64,000 nt of DNA from Raillietiella orientalis (GCA_036172245.1 JAYWIR010000027.1:248001-312000); one strand, 5' to 3'. Positions 39,000 to 51,887 are shown, counted from the stretch's first letter. Notes: generated from the sequence alone by a model not told the origin. A program made the numbers and translations.

Positions 39000-39400
39000 C
39001 CGGTGGCGTCTTTGGAATCTTTCCTCAAGCGAGTATGGAAGATGCTGCGAAAGGGTGCCTCAAGAGGTTCCATTCTGGAAATGTTTCGTCTCCTCGCAGC
39101 TACCCTCTCGGAAGTTTTGAGCTTTTCATCCTCCGGTCCACCCGTTTTCACCCTTTCGCATGAGTAGTTCTGACCCTTTTAATTGCCCCAAGCGCACGTG
39201 ACCTGCGCGCGCAAAGGAACATGGCACCAATGCCGGACCTCAGTGGTGCGTGTTCTTCCTGCGACGAACAGACCGAGGCGATCGCGATCGCTCCCTGCGA
39301 CGGATTCCTGTTCCGGCAAGGTAGCCTCCTCAGAGGACCGTGGAGAATCCCGATCCGTCCTCCCAGGGAGCGTCTAACCCCCTGCTCTGCCCCCTTTTTG
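39000..39400 (-). pseudogene. nairovirus N-like C-terminal fragment next to host exon 1
   Basis: GRIGILHGPLRRLPCRNRNPSQG, NISRMEPLEAPFRSIFH vs NIQDMDIVASEHLLH. Confidence 0.52.
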
Positions 39401-39478
39401 GGGGTCGCGCTCTGATATCGAGGCGCACCACGCCCGGCACTAAACTGAACGTTCCTTTCAGGGCGTACGGAACCTTGG

Positions 39479-39656
39479 ATGCTGAGCTCCGACAGGAGCG
39501 AGAGGCAGTCCCGCATGTCGTTCCTGGAGAAGGCGTACGTCCACGACTTCTACGATTACATCTCGGCCCACTTACACTCGGCCAGGACTGCGATTCCTCC
39601 GGTGGTCAAGCAGTTCCTAATGGGGCTGGAGCCGGGGTCCCTGGTTTGCGACGTAG
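39479..39656 (+). CDS. TRMT9B: TRMT9B/KIAA1456-like tRNA methyltransferase, coding exon 1
   Basis: Translation LEKAYVHDFYDYISAHL...VKQFLMGLEPGSLVCDVG is the Trm9/ALKBH8-type methyltransferase N-terminus. Acceptor ttcctttcag ends at 39461; donor G|gtaatt follows 39656 (phase 1). Confidence 0.88.
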
Positions 39657-40607
39657 GTAATTGTACAGCGTTGCGCAGTTTCCTTTCTCGGGTGACCCTG
39701 TCCCGTGAACCACGGTGTTCCAGAGACTCCTGCAGCCGATCACTTGTCCGTTTCAAGGTGGCGCTTCCAGCGACTCCAGCTTCCTCGTATTTGCTTTTTT
39801 TTTTTCGTGGAAGGCAATCGGGGGAGAAGGGAGCGGGAATCATGCGGAATACCCTCTTGCAGAAGAAGAACGAGACGGAAAGGCGTCTCACTCCCATCTG
39901 AGATGCGGGGGCAGGGTTCGAGGGAGTTTCGGCTGCGCCTGCATTCCTGCAAGCGGGTGGCGCGTGCCTCCTTTCAGAGAAGAGAAGAAGAGTTCAGGCG
40001 CTCCTTCCGGCATCAAGGCTGATCAAGGCCGCTCCCGGACCGCTCAATGGGAAACTTCTCCCTAGGAGTCTCGAGGGCGAGCGGAAGGATGCAAATCGCC
40101 AGGCTTCTCTCTGGGGTGCTGACCTCAAGACGACAGGGGACGACCTTGAATCTCGGAACGACTTCTGACGGCTCAACGGCCTCGGGAACCCACGGCGTGC
40201 TGATGCGAGGGTGCAGGAGCGATCCCTGATTCTTCCCGAATTTTCCTTGCTCTTCTCGATTCTTCGAGCTCGGAGGGGGAGCGAGATGTGTGAGCTGAAG
40301 GGCAAAGGACTAGGACACCAGCTGTCCACTCTTGGTCGGTCTACCCTGATGCCCTCGGAGGTCCCTTGTCAGCAGCATGAAAAGGATGATGTTCCTTTCA
40401 TGGGGGTCAAAGAGCAAAACTCTCCGAGTGAGGGAGCGAGCGAGCCAGGAGCTGCGCCACCGCCCCACGGCGAGCTGGCAGTCCTCTTCAGGTTTCCGAC
40501 CCGCGCAATCTCCTTCCTCTTCCCTCGGGCTGAGGGGGTGGGGGCAGCTCGGTCGCGCTCGGCCGCGCGTCTTCCGCGCTCACGGAGGTCACCGAGCTCT
40601 TTTGCAG

Positions 40608-40711
40608 GTTGCGGGGACGGCAGGTACCTGAACGTCAACCCGGCGGTGTTCAGCATCGGGTGCGACCGCTGCTGCGGCTTCGCAGGCGTCAGCAGAGCAG
40701 ACAACAACGAG
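40608..40711 (+). CDS. TRMT9B: TRMT9B-like exon 2 (SAM-binding GCGDG motif)
   Basis: ttttgcag acceptor, (G)CGDGRYLNVNPAVFSIGCDRC...NNE, gag|gtagcc donor. Phase joins exon 1 to give DVGCGDG. Confidence 0.9.
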
Positions 40712-41849
40712 GTAGCCGACGCTTTCCCCGCCTCCTCCGACCCTTTCGCCCCAAGGGAAGAGGGAGGGGGGAGGGAGGGGAGAGGTACGCGCCCACGCGG
40801 CGCAGGCCCTCCCTCTTCTCGAGCACCGCTGTCTCTCGTGACTGAGTCGCGTCTTTACGCTTCCCTCCCCCCTTCAGCGGCGCTCGCCGTGGTCATTCCC
40901 CGGGGTCAGAATGTCCTTCGTTCGAGCCGCTCCCTTTCCCTCTTTTCTAAGATGCTATCGACCCTTTTGCGCTCGGAGCAACCATGGCAACGCGGGGAGG
41001 ACGCGCCCAGGACGTTCGGCGAGAGACGACTCACGGTGCACCCCACTTTGCTGGCGAAGGAGAGTCCCGCTCGTTCCTGTGAGGGGGAGGCGGAAGAGAA
41101 CCGCTGTCGCCGCCGCCGTCGCGGGGCAGCGACTTCAGCGGAGTGCGTCTTCCCCAGTACCGCCGCCGCCGCCGCTGCCGGGCATTCCCGCGTCAGGGCT
41201 GCTGCTGCTACGCTCATCGATCCTCTCCGAGCCGGGGCAGCAGGGCGCGTCCCGCCGCGCGCGCGTGTGGATCCCGGCCGAGGAAGCGAGCGCGTGGGTC
41301 CTCCTCCTCTTCCATCCCGGCGGCGGGTCCTGAGCTCGCGATCGCTTCCGTGGCGTCAGCCGGCAGCCGGCATGGCGAAGTGAAAGAGGAAGAGGCGGTC
41401 ACCGGGGTCGGGGTCGGGGAGGCTCCGCCTACCGGAAAGTACGTGGCGCGGTGCCGTCTGGCTCTGATCCAGAGGCTCTCAGGAGAGCTTGAGGCCTCCG
41501 CGACCGCGTACCTGGCGCACTCACGAAGCCATGGGAACCGCGACGGACGGACGGTCGCCGCCTCCTGCCGAACAACGGGCGGGGGAGGGGTAATCCTCGC
41601 TCAGGAAGCATCTTGGCTGTGTGAAGGTCGAATTCTTCCCCCTCCTCCCCTCCTCCAACGCCGTTGCAGCGACCAAGCGGGAGCTGGTCTGCCCCACCGC
41701 TCCACGAACTCCTCCCCTCTCCGGCTGCGGTATTCGGGAAACGGCACGCGTTGCGGTGGCGAGCAGCCACTTCATTTTCCTGCTCCTCTTTACTCCTCCG
41801 GGAAGGGCCAAGAAGACGAGCGAGGAGGGCTCCGGCTTCGGAAGCTGCT

Positions 41850-42200
41850 GAAGAGGCGGACTCGAAGGATTCCGAGGCCTCGGAGTCCGCGATCGCTCGA
41901 AGAGTGATCCACTGCGTGTCGGCTCCCCCTTCCCCCATCGAGTTTTCCATCCTCGAGGCTTCCCTTCCCTGAGTGCTGCGGCTGCAAGAGGCACCTTCCC
42001 GACGTGACCCGGACTCTCCCGGAGCTCGCGACCACTGGGGGGGTCTCCGATCGACTGCGACCCGCGCCTCCTGTTAGGAAGGGAGTCTGAGGATCCGTGT
42101 CCTGCCTTGGGGCACTTACCCGGCGTTTCCCGGGAACATCGCAGTCGCAGAGAGCACGGCGCCTGCGCGGACCTGCTGGCGACCTTTGCTGGCGGAAGCC
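41850..42200 (-). pseudogene. intronic nairovirus N-like fragment
   Basis: KAGHGSSDSLPN...SIGDPPSG, KTRWGKG. Confidence 0.48.
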
Positions 42201-42449
42201 TCACGGATGAGCGCGCGGTAAGGAAACCGCCGTCGCTTCGGCAAGCTTCGACTCCAGCTGACCTCGGATCGGGAGGACCCATCGGAAGTGCTGCCGAGCC
42301 GGACTGCCCTTCTTACCCGAAGAACCCTCCTGAGCTGCGGTGCTTCTGATTGGTGCAGCTACCCGGAAGAGCTACGTCCCGCGCGCGGAGGACTCCTGCA
42401 GGGACCGAGGTCCCCGAAAGAGACCTCCTAAGAACGCCGTGGTCTACAG

Positions 42450-43320
42450 GAGTGGGAAGGCGGGAGGCGGGTCATGAGTGGTCCCTGTCGCACACGAAGG
42501 GCGAGCGTCCCAACTCCTCGTTGAGGAGCACGTCGAGGGCGATGGAGGAGCGTCCCTGGAGCGTGCCCTTTCGACGTCGGGCGGCAACTTTCGGCCTCCT
42601 TTTTCCGAGGGAGGAAAGAAAAGGGAAGGCAAGAAGGAAGAAGGCGGGATTTCGGGAGACCTCGGAGAACGAGGTGCTAAGGATCGGCCGACGTTTCGCA
42701 GCAGGGATGGACATCGGGGTTCGAGTCGGCCTCCTAGACACATGTCACGCTGCGGACCCCGGGCGCAAGGAAGGGCCTGGAGACAGCTCAGTGTCGGGGA
42801 ACAGCCCTCGGCGTCGGTCGCTTCGTGTGTGGGCACCATCCCCTCCTCCTGGGGGGGGGGGATCGATTAGCCGGACGTTCTTGTTTTGCGTCCGCGGTGG
42901 AAGGGAGCCTTCCCGTAAGCGGCCACCGCGTCAGAGACTTCGGTTCCGCCGGCTGCGCTCTCTCTCTTGAGGAAGGGGATCCATCCCGCTCTTCATCGGA
43001 ACTACCGCCGCCCAAGACGGGACGGCGCCCTGCCTCGGGAGCGCGCTCCCAACGCTAGGGTCCCCTCGGATGGCGCACTTTCGGATTTCCGAGGGAGAAC
43101 CTGGAAGCTCATCCGACGGGGGTGAGGGTGAGTCAGCTGGCTGGCCGAGCCTCTGGCCGGAAGGATCCCGGTATGTGTATGGGGTCCTTTGGGCGGATCT
43201 TTCGGAGTGGCTTCGCTGCTTCCAGCATCCCTTCTCCCTCCTCCTTCTGGAAAAGCATCGAGGAGCAACCCAGGTGAGAAGCGCATTCATGCAGATGAGG
43301 AATCAGGAGGACCCCTTCCA
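42450..43320 (-). pseudogene. intronic nairovirus N-like copy
   Basis: PHLHECASHLGCSSMLFQK, TSFSEVSRNPAFFL, LGKRRPK. Confidence 0.5.
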
Positions 43321-43599
43321 GGGGCCACACTCGCGAGTGCTTTGAACGCCTGGGACTCGCTCGCTCCTCGCCGGCATGGATGCCCCCGGGAGTGCCGTTT
43401 CCTACGCAACGCTCCCGCCCGAACGCGCACGCCGGTTCGCAACTTCTCCTTCTACAGGGGCAACGTAAAAGGGATCTCCGCGAGGAAGCATGACGTACGT
43501 GGGCACGGTCCATGGACAGAGCCAGGGCACCGAATCGTTTCATCTCGTTTCCCGGGTTACGAAACATAAGATCAAAGGAGAGGAGAACGGCTGCATGCC

Positions 43600-44500
43600 C
43601 CAAGCTTCTCAGCGTCCGATAACCCCCGATCTGATCTGTTTCCGACCGGAAGGATCCACTGGGCAAGTGCCAGAGGAGGCGGCGGGCAGCAAGAGGGAAG
43701 AGACCGGGAGCTTTCCTGACATGCTAGCCGTTGGCATGGAAACGTTGTGTGAGGTGTGGGTGTGTCCTTCTTTTGGAGCGCCTCAGGCAAAGAGGTTGTG
43801 CCGAACTCGAGAGGGATCCGGTAGCCATGAAAGCGGGCTGCTGCCGTCTGGTTTCCATGGTCTCTCTGATTCCTGATGTTGGGTCGACGAGATTTTCGAA
43901 TACCCTCCTTCCGAGCGACGCTGCGCAGGCTGAGCTCACCAGGAGAAGAGGTGGGGTAGAGCGAGCCTTTAATGACGTTTCTCAGGGATGCTATCACAGA
44001 CGGAACGGTCCACGCCAGCAGCTTCCGTTCCTTTCCTCCCCTATGCTTCTCTGTTCTGGAAGCTTCCTTCGTCCTCCCTTGGTTCCCCATGAAAAGGAAC
44101 TCAATTGGTTTCTTCGCCGAGTGCATGGATGCATGGGCGCTCATCTCTGACTCTCTCACAAAGGGGGGTCAATCCATCCTCAAGTGCAACCAACCGGGAG
44201 AGACTCCCTGGCTTGGCAGCTGAATTCGCGACGACTCTCGAAGGCCGCCTGCAATCCTGAGCAATCCTGTTCGTTCGATATTCTTACAGAGACGTAACGG
44301 AAAACTCTGTGGACTTCTTCGGTTGGCACGGTGTCCTTCAAGTTCGGTAGGAACGTACAGGCGTAGATAAAGGGGAGCGCCTCTCCGCAGGAGGAGGTTC
44401 TAAAAGCTGAAGGCTGATCACCACCGCACTCAAAGAAGCGCTCGCATCCGACATCCAGCAACTGGCCGTTCGGGTTCCTCGGGTACCCTAGAAGACACAT
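43600..44500 (-). pseudogene. intronic nairovirus N-like copy
   Basis: FFECG, LKDTVPTEEVHRVFRYVSVRI, KGSLYPTSSP, FHGYRIPL. Confidence 0.58.
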
Positions 44501-44599
44501 GCGCATCGGAAGACAAGAGATCTTGGAAGTCTTGGAAGGCGCCGCCAGCGAAGAGGTCTTTCTTTCGTCCTCGGATACGTCTCTTTAAGCACTGCGAGG

Positions 44600-45320
44600 T
44601 GGATTCAGAAAGGACACGTGGTTCCAGGCTGTTGCAGCTGGTTGGGAAGGTCGCCTCTGACGTAGCCAGCGCCTACGTAACGAGAGGATCGCTTGGCTCT
44701 TGAGACGACGAGCGTGGGTTTCGATGTCCTGCGGCGTCTTGAAAGACGAACAAGAACAACGCGAGTTGCGGAGGATGAAGCTCTGCACTGTGGAAGCTCA
44801 CAGTCTTTGAAGAGAGTGCAAGGAGGAAATACGAAAGGAGAGACATCAAGAAGACGCCTCGTCTCCAGGAAACATATTGGCGAGGGCTTCATCCGTCCGC
44901 TCACGGGGGGATATGAGGGAGAGGAAGAGGAAGTCCCATGAGGTCGGATGCTCTGCAGCTCCTATCTGTGGATTCAGAACACATCACTAGGGCGATGGAG
45001 GTGGGGTGACTCTTCTGAGGGGCTTTGCGCCTATTAGGGATAAGGGAGACTGCTCCGAGGCTCATGGAACTCTTATACAAGCTTCCTCTTCTTCTCTCAA
45101 GTATTGAGTTCGGTAAGGAAACCTTCCTCCCCGAAGGCTTTCCCTTCTGTGGACTCTGGAAGGGTTGCATGCGTCCTCAGAGGATGCTGGATATCGTATG
45201 GACGACGGTCCATGGACGACGTCCATCACGACGCCGTACGCAGGAAGAAAGGCTCCTTTTGAGAAGTGATCTCTTGAACTCTGGTTGTGAGAGGGAAAGG
45301 AGCAAATATCCACGGAGGAA
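44600..45320 (-). pseudogene. intronic nairovirus N-like fragment
   Basis: AFLPAYGVVMD, SGRMKPSPICF vs AGRISEMGVCF. Confidence 0.52.
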
Positions 45321-45619
45321 AAAGAGAGATATCCTGGATTCTTTGGAGGTACAGCATTCTATGCCGAGTCAAGAGATCAGGAAGGAACTTTTGAGAAAGA
45401 TCCAGAATCCGCTCTCCTATGGCGGCTCTCCTCCCAAAGGCGAGTCTCTGGAAGGTGCTCTGAGCTTCCTGGTGCCACCAAGATCAAAAGAAAAACAAAA
45501 GGTGAGAAGAGAAGGAAAAGGTGGGTAGATGCGTGGTGGAGATTAGAGATGACCCGGTGCCACCCAGGGTTTCAATGGCAGCATCAGGGATGAGAGGGGA
45601 GCAGGGCAAGAATGTCTCA

Positions 45620-46650
45620 ATCTGGAGACCCATCCTCTCGTGAGCTCTTCACAGCATATAAAAGATCAAGAACTCTGCTCTCAGAGGACTGTTGTTTTCC
45701 GAGAAGATTCGTTGCATAAAAAGCGAGAAGAGGGGAAGGGAAGCAGGCGTCTCCATAGCAACGCAGGGAATGGCCGCAGCCGAGACTCCCCTTCATTTCG
45801 TCTCTTCCACAAAAAAAAACGAGGAAAGCAGTCAGAAATCCTACAGACATCGAGTTTTTCCCTCATCCTGGACACGGAGGGCGTGTTTTGGGACTACGAA
45901 CGCGATCAGATGGGACATGCGGGAAGAACGAGGCGTCCGAGACCGCGCTGAGCGTTGCCTCCAAGGTGTCCGGGGTAAAGGTGTCGAGGGGGGGAGAGAG
46001 GGGCGCAGGACAAGGAACAGTTGATCATCCCCGAGCAAAACACCGGCACGGTGAGCAGCACGATTTTCTCTTCCTCTTTCCAGCTTTCTTTTCCTCTTTC
46101 TTCTGCTCTTCCTATCTCTGGGATAGGGGCGGGAACCGAGCAGCACCGCGCAGGCAAAAGACCTGAGGCGGAGAACGATCGGATTCGCCGTTTGTTGTCG
46201 GGCAACGGCGACCGTCCGATGTCTGCTCGTTGCAGGTTTCTCGGAAACCTTCGTCATGTGGTCATCCCTTCAGCGGCAACCTACTGTGGGCAAAGATTTC
46301 CAGTATCTAGAATGCAAGGACTGCCGCACTTCCTCTACATGTCAAGCAGCGTTGTTCGGGCCACGCCTCGAGGCGCTCGAATCTCGCGAAAGAACGCCGA
46401 ACTCGCGTCCCCAGCAGAGCCGGAAAAGAAGCGTTGCCAAGACGAGCCGTCGCTTTCAGAGTCCCTTGCCTCCCTTTCTTCCTTCCGACACGCTCCGAAG
46501 CTGGGCTCTGCATGCCGAGTCCACTACAATGGCCATTCCATCTCTCGATGGCGCATCGGCAAGCCCAGAGAGCCAGCACTCCAGGGGCAGATCGCTCGGT
46601 ACTGGCTCTCTCTCTACGGAGACCTTTGCAATGAAGAGCACGTCCACCCC
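45620..46650 (-). pseudogene. intronic nairovirus N-like copy (well preserved)
   Basis: KVSVEREPVPSDL...LSGL, LLGSRP, VLLTVPV, RHLYPGHL, SLGCGHS, NLLGKQ. Confidence 0.66.
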
Positions 46651-46999
46651 TGGCGGAGACTCGTCCAGTTGAGGGGCTCAGACTGCGCCTCCGGGACCAC
46701 GAACGCCGAGCCCTAGCTAATAGTTCCGCTCCTTGCGCTCCTCGAGAGAGCACCTGTGGTGTATCTTGAAGACAAGAGCTCTTCGGTGAAGCGGACTCGT
46801 TTCCAGCGTCAAGGTTTCAGAAGCATGACTCGTGTTCTTGCTGTGGAGAATTCCTCTTCAGGGTCACTCCATTAAAAGCAACGGAATAGCGGATGCGCTC
46901 CCAGTTCAGGCCCTCTCTCGAAAACTTTCTCTCTCGATAGAGATGCTCCAGAAACAAAGGAGTTCTGGTTTTGGTCAAAAGCCTCTGGGGACAATGAGG

Positions 47000-47900
47000 A
47001 GAGGCGATCCGCTGCTACATCGCTTGAGCAGCTTCAGAGAGCGCTGGAAAGAGTGGTTCATGGATCAGGATCCAGATCTCCCTTCGAATCGTGAGTCAGA
47101 ACCCCTGGCGAGGGTGGAGCACACACCCTGTGTTACGTCTGAGTCAGTCGCACCGGCGGATGAGGTTCCATCCGGAGGAGTCGAAAGATGTCTCTGGCTC
47201 TCTGGGTCTAGCAGGACGGTCTCAGACACTTCTTTGGATGCTCATTCGGTGCTGTTAGCTCTTCAATGTCCTCAAGCATTCACTAACATCCGCGCGGGGG
47301 CTGCAGGATCAGCAAAAGTGATGTTTGGTGAGAGATCCTTTTCTGGACTGAAAGGGTCAGGTGTAATCCAGAGTGCGCACTCTGCTCTTCAAGATCCTGC
47401 GCTCCTTCATTGCGAAAATCGTTGGAGGGAGCTATAGGGAAGGAGCTCCGTTCCTTTATCATTTGGGAGGCCTTCCCAGACTGCGGACCAAAGAGAGACT
47501 GCAGGACAAGAGAGCGTTCCTTGGGGATCGGTTGCGTCACGTGAGTCCCTTTTGAGACCTCATTGGGGACTCCGCGAACTCGGCAGAGGTATCTGGCGTG
47601 AGGAAGCCAGTGGCCACAAGAACGGAAGGGAGTAGAGAAAGAGGAAGAGGAAAGGACTACGCAGGTGCTCTTAAGAACGTCACTAACAGGCAGAAGCAGA
47701 AACTACGTCTTCTATCCACGGTAAAGCAGCTCTCTGTCTTCCCCATTGCTCCCAAGGTTTCTATCCGTGAGGCTGGATGGAAGAGAGGCGGAGGTGGGGA
47801 AGGGAAAGGTGACTCCATTTAGGATTTCGTTCAGAGTTTGGTCCATTCCAAGAAACCATGGAGACCATTCGTCATCCTGGTTAGTCTCTCGTTTCATTCC
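47000..47900 (-). pseudogene. intronic nairovirus N-like fragment
   Basis: QTLNEILNG, SNDFRNEGAQD vs SSALRAQGAQID. Confidence 0.48.
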
Positions 47901-48049
47901 CTAACCGAACGGATGCCACGGGGCGAATAGGAATGGTAAAGCTCTCGAAGACGGGTCTGCAGACCCTTCCTGGAAGATGGGACGGGGTTCGCGGTGGACC
48001 TTTGGTCAAAGGCTCTCCAATAGGTCACCTTCGAGAGAATTTCACGCGT

Positions 48050-48880
48050 CTACAAGCTGCAGGCTGCTCCTCCACCTTTCTGGAAGAGGTTCGCCACTTG
48101 CATAAAGCTTGGGACATCAGCCTGCCCGCCCTCTTGCCCTCCCCCCCCTCAGTATGGAAGTATCGCGTTTCCACTAAGTGCCTTTTTTGCTTCTTTCCTG
48201 TTGGATGGGAAAGGAGCAGATGTGGATTTTCGGTGTCTCTCGTGTCTCTGGGTACCACAGAATGGGGAGCAGCAGTGATAGAGAAGCAACAGATTCCCAT
48301 CCCGAACTGCGACATTTCCATCGCGACCAAAGCGCAAAGGATCACGTCGCAAAGGAGTGCCCGCCCATAGCGGCAGTTGGATCGGCAAGAGCGCGAATTT
48401 CCACTCCCGCCGAAGGTGCCCTTAGGCTCCACCTTGCTCCTTCAGGACGCTCTCCGAGGACCAGCGAGGCATCACTCTGGTACGGCGTTTCCTCCAGGCG
48501 CTGCCGCGCGGCCGAAGCCCACGATTCTTCGCTGGTCCCCACAGGGCAATGGAGAACTGGCCGAAGCCGTCGAGCTGAAGGCGATGACCATTCCTGGGTG
48601 GTCCGTCGATGCCCCCCAGACACCGCTGCAATGCGCAGACGTGTCGCGTGAATCGGGCGCGCGTGCCCCCTGGCTGCGGGGCGGACGTCGGGACGCGCCG
48701 AGAGACGCGGGCGCCTCCCAAGAGCGCTCTCCAGAAGAGCGCGCACGACCGCCTGCCAGCGTAGCAGCCCTTACCGGAGTTAGTCGCCCGGGACCAGTTT
48801 GCATCCACTGCTGCAACCCGCTGCGGCCCGCTTTCGACCCTACATGCGGCTGCGGTGGCGGCGAAATGCCGGACGAAGAC
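48050..48880 (-). pseudogene. intronic nairovirus N-like, 5'-truncated
   Basis: KAGRSGLQQWMQTG vs KSGRSGIALVATG; WGASTDHP; MSQFGMGICCF; LMSQAL. Confidence 0.6.
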
Positions 48881-49199
48881 ATGCGTCTCCCGTAATCCTT
48901 GGAGGGGAGTGGAAAGCGATTCCTTCCACTCCCCTCCCCCCATTCCTTGCAGAGCAGGGTTTCGAAACGAAGACCCTAGGGGTGGGCAGCTCGGTGGAGC
49001 GGCACACGGGTCTCAGAAATTTTCACCGGCGCCCGAGTGTCCCCGCAGGAGAACGGAGGTTCAAGCGTGACGCGACTTCTGCTCTCGTTCCAGAGCAACC
49101 CTTCCCTCTCCCGTTCGCACGCGCCTCCCGCTCGCTCTCGCTCGAAGGTCAGCAGGAAGAGTCCACTTAGAGGGGGAAAACGGAAGAATTTTAACGAGC

Positions 49200-49560
49200 A
49201 GCAGCTCGCCGGCAAGTCGGGTATGCGTCGTGCACGAGTGCTGCGCTCAGATGCAGATAAATGGCTCTCCAGAGCTTTCGGGGGCTCGAGTGGCATCCAG
49301 CCGCTGGCTCCGAATCCCGTGGAAGAGCGTTCGCTTCACGGCGCTCCGGGAGCGCCGTGGTGCAAAAAGTTTCGAACCCGCCCGTGAAATTCCTCCGCTG
49401 CTCTCCCGACTGGAAAACGGGAAACGCCGCGATCGCAGCAGCTGCGCGCGTGGTCCCGAAGCGCCACGTGCAGACGTGCTGGAGCGGGCGCGCGCGATGC
49501 AGGGATCGGTCTCTTTCCGCGCCGTGGCCGCAGGCGTCACGCGCTACGCGTGCCGGGGCG
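49200..49560 (-). pseudogene. intronic nairovirus N-like fragment
   Basis: CTWRFGTT...VFQSGEQRR. Confidence 0.42.
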
Positions 49561-49939
49561 GCATATCTTCCTTTTCCCTCTCCCCGCAACGAGCTCGGAT
49601 GCCGGCTCCGGTTCTCAGGGCTTCTGCCGGGAGCCGCTTCCGGTCGCCGACGGTGCCCTCGAAGCGGGTCGGCTTCTCTCCTGACTGTTTATCGACCTCC
49701 GGTAGAGGGTCCGCCGAACGTTGCTCGGTCCAGGGGAACGCCCTCGGCTTGTGCTGCTGGCTCCGGGCGGAGCGAACGACGTCCACGGGGTCGTACGATA
49801 CGATGGGAGGGGCAGCTGGCTGTGCCAGGGACCGGCAGGACGGACTTCTGAAGACCCACGGGGGGAGGAACGTGGAGGAGGAGAGAAGAGGCGAAAGGAG
49901 GAATCACTGCACGCAGATACACGGCCACTGCACAAGGCC

Positions 49940-50870
49940 TCGGATTTCCGCCGGCAGCGTTGCAGTTCGAATTCCCCTGGGGAAGGATAGACGCCGGGCA
50001 ATGGAGGGTGCGTCGTAAGTTTCGAGGCCCTCCTATCCCCCGCGGGATGAGGCCCGGTTGACTTCGGATGCGGCACCGTTTGAAAGCCGAACGCCCCTGT
50101 TAACTGGCAGGGATTGGAAGTCGACCCTCCGGGGTCCTTCCGGGACATCAAGGAGCCTTTCGAGCTTCCCCTCCGGTTGTGAAAATGGGCTCCTCCCCTT
50201 CTCGGGAAGGATTCTCCATCGCGTACCGGGGAGCTGGTTGATACCCCCCTCGGGGGGTTTGCCTCTCCAGAGTGCAAGAAGCGCTCTGCTCCCTTCGAGG
50301 AGCGCCCTCCAGATAAATCAGGAAGCGTCCCTTCGGGGTTCTCTCAGAAGAGTAAACAAGGAGCGGTTCCCTTGCAGGTTCTCCCCGGAGAAAAAATCCC
50401 TGGTGCGGATCCTTTTCGGGTTGCCTCTGGGGGAGAAAAGAGGAGCAGCCCCCTCCGGAACTTCCTCCGGAGGGAGTAAGGAAAAGGTTCGCTTCTGTCT
50501 TCCCTTCGGGAACAACCAGGGTGGAGGATTCCCTTCGGGATTCCTCTCCCAAGTGTGAGAGAAACAGACTCCTTCCTCCGGAGCCTTCCTGAATTCACAG
50601 GTGGTCCCGTGGTCTCCGAAGAGTGAACACGCAGCACCTTTGGGGGTGGCGTGGACGGCGTCGAAGAGTTTCGTGAGCCCCCCGTAAAGAGGCGGACGGT
50701 CCGGAAGCACTCCTGGAGAACCAAAAGAATGTCCGGAAGGTGCGGAGGGGGAGGGGGAAAATTTGGAAGGAAAGCAGAGAAAACAAAAGAACTTCCCCTC
50801 CAAAGGATTTCCATCATCCTCGACCGAAATTTCATCTGAATTTGCAGGTCTCCCCTTTCTACCCATCGGG
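49940..50870 (+). repeat. SINE-like repeat copy (about 0.9 kb)
   Basis: agttcgaattccc head. Body matches 1880-2480 and 57040-57730. Confidence 0.75.
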
Positions 50871-50999
50871 GAAAGGTCTTCGGGCCACTTCCTCACTCAC
50901 TCGTCCGAGCTCCCTCATTCCGTGCGCCGGAGCACTAAGGAAGCTTCCGCCCAGGGAGCTGAGCTCCGGTTACCATTCTGGATAGCGGAGACTGCCCAT

Positions 51000-51480
51000 T
51001 GCCCTCCCACGGGATGAAAAAGACTCCCGGAAGACCTTCCAAGGCACTTCGCGGATCTCTCCGGTCCTGAGAGTGCTGCCCTCCTGAAACTCCTCCGCCC
51101 GCCCGCTTCCTCCTCTAGCTCTCCGCCGGCCACCCCGGAAATGGAAGAAGGAGAGACCCCCTGCCGCCCTTTCGTAGTCGTCAGACCTACTCAATCGCCA
51201 CCAGGTCTTCGCTTCCTCCCCCTTGCCTCGCCGGCACCTCATCATCTTCTGCTCCCGAGAGACCTCACGGATCCATCTCCATGAGGTCCTAGAAGGAAGA
51301 GCCTCTTTCCCCCTCAGGATCCTGCCGCCTTTCGTCCACAGGAGATGGCTGCTGCTTCCTCTTTTTGGCTTCCTCCCCGGAGTCTCGAGGATCGGCGTGG
51401 GCCGGGTGTCGGGACGCTGGCGCCTGCAGCATGGCAGTCGCCTTCGGACGGGTGATCGGGAGCTCCCGCAGATGCTCCCC
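51000..51480 (-). pseudogene. intronic nairovirus N-like fragment
   Basis: ILETPGRKPKRG, SRTSWRWIREV. Confidence 0.42.
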
Positions 51481-51698
51481 AGATCCACAAAGAGCAGCCG
51501 TGTGTGCAGGAGCGCCGCTGCTCACTTAAAGGGTCACCGTGTAGAGCCAAGTGGATGTGGCGAGGGGGTGCTGATCGCTGAGCGCCAAAAGAAATTCCCG
51601 CTGCCGCTTTCTTCCTCTTTGCCCCCTTCCTCACCTTCCTTCCGAGACCCCTCCCCGCGAAAGGAATCGCCCGACTGCGTGCCTCTTTGCTGTTTCAG

Positions 51699-51887
51699 AT
51701 TGTCATCTGTGATAACTTGGATCTGCCTTTCCAAGACGAAATCTTCGACGCCGCTCTGTCCATCGCGGTCATCCATCACTTTGCCACCACGGAAAGAAGA
51801 GTGGCCGCTCTCAAGGAGCTGTCCCGCGTCTTGAGGGTGGGAGGCAAGATCCTCATCTCCGTCATGGCAAAAGAGCAAACCGGAAAG
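51699..51887 (+). CDS. TRMT9B: TRMT9B-like exon 3 (methyltransferase core)
   Basis: tgtttcag acceptor, [63 protein letters not shown], aag|gtaact donor. 189 nt, phase 0/0. Confidence 0.93.

Noticed and set aside
44400..47900. Rhabdovirus-like L polymerase remnant on the + strand (HSMPSQE, GQG/QLII, GTTNAEP, LLHRL, GEGKG)
   Set aside because: The motifs are weak and need several large deletions. The same DNA gives repeated, collinear nairovirus N motifs on the - strand. Treated as chance; an RdRp HMM search would settle it.
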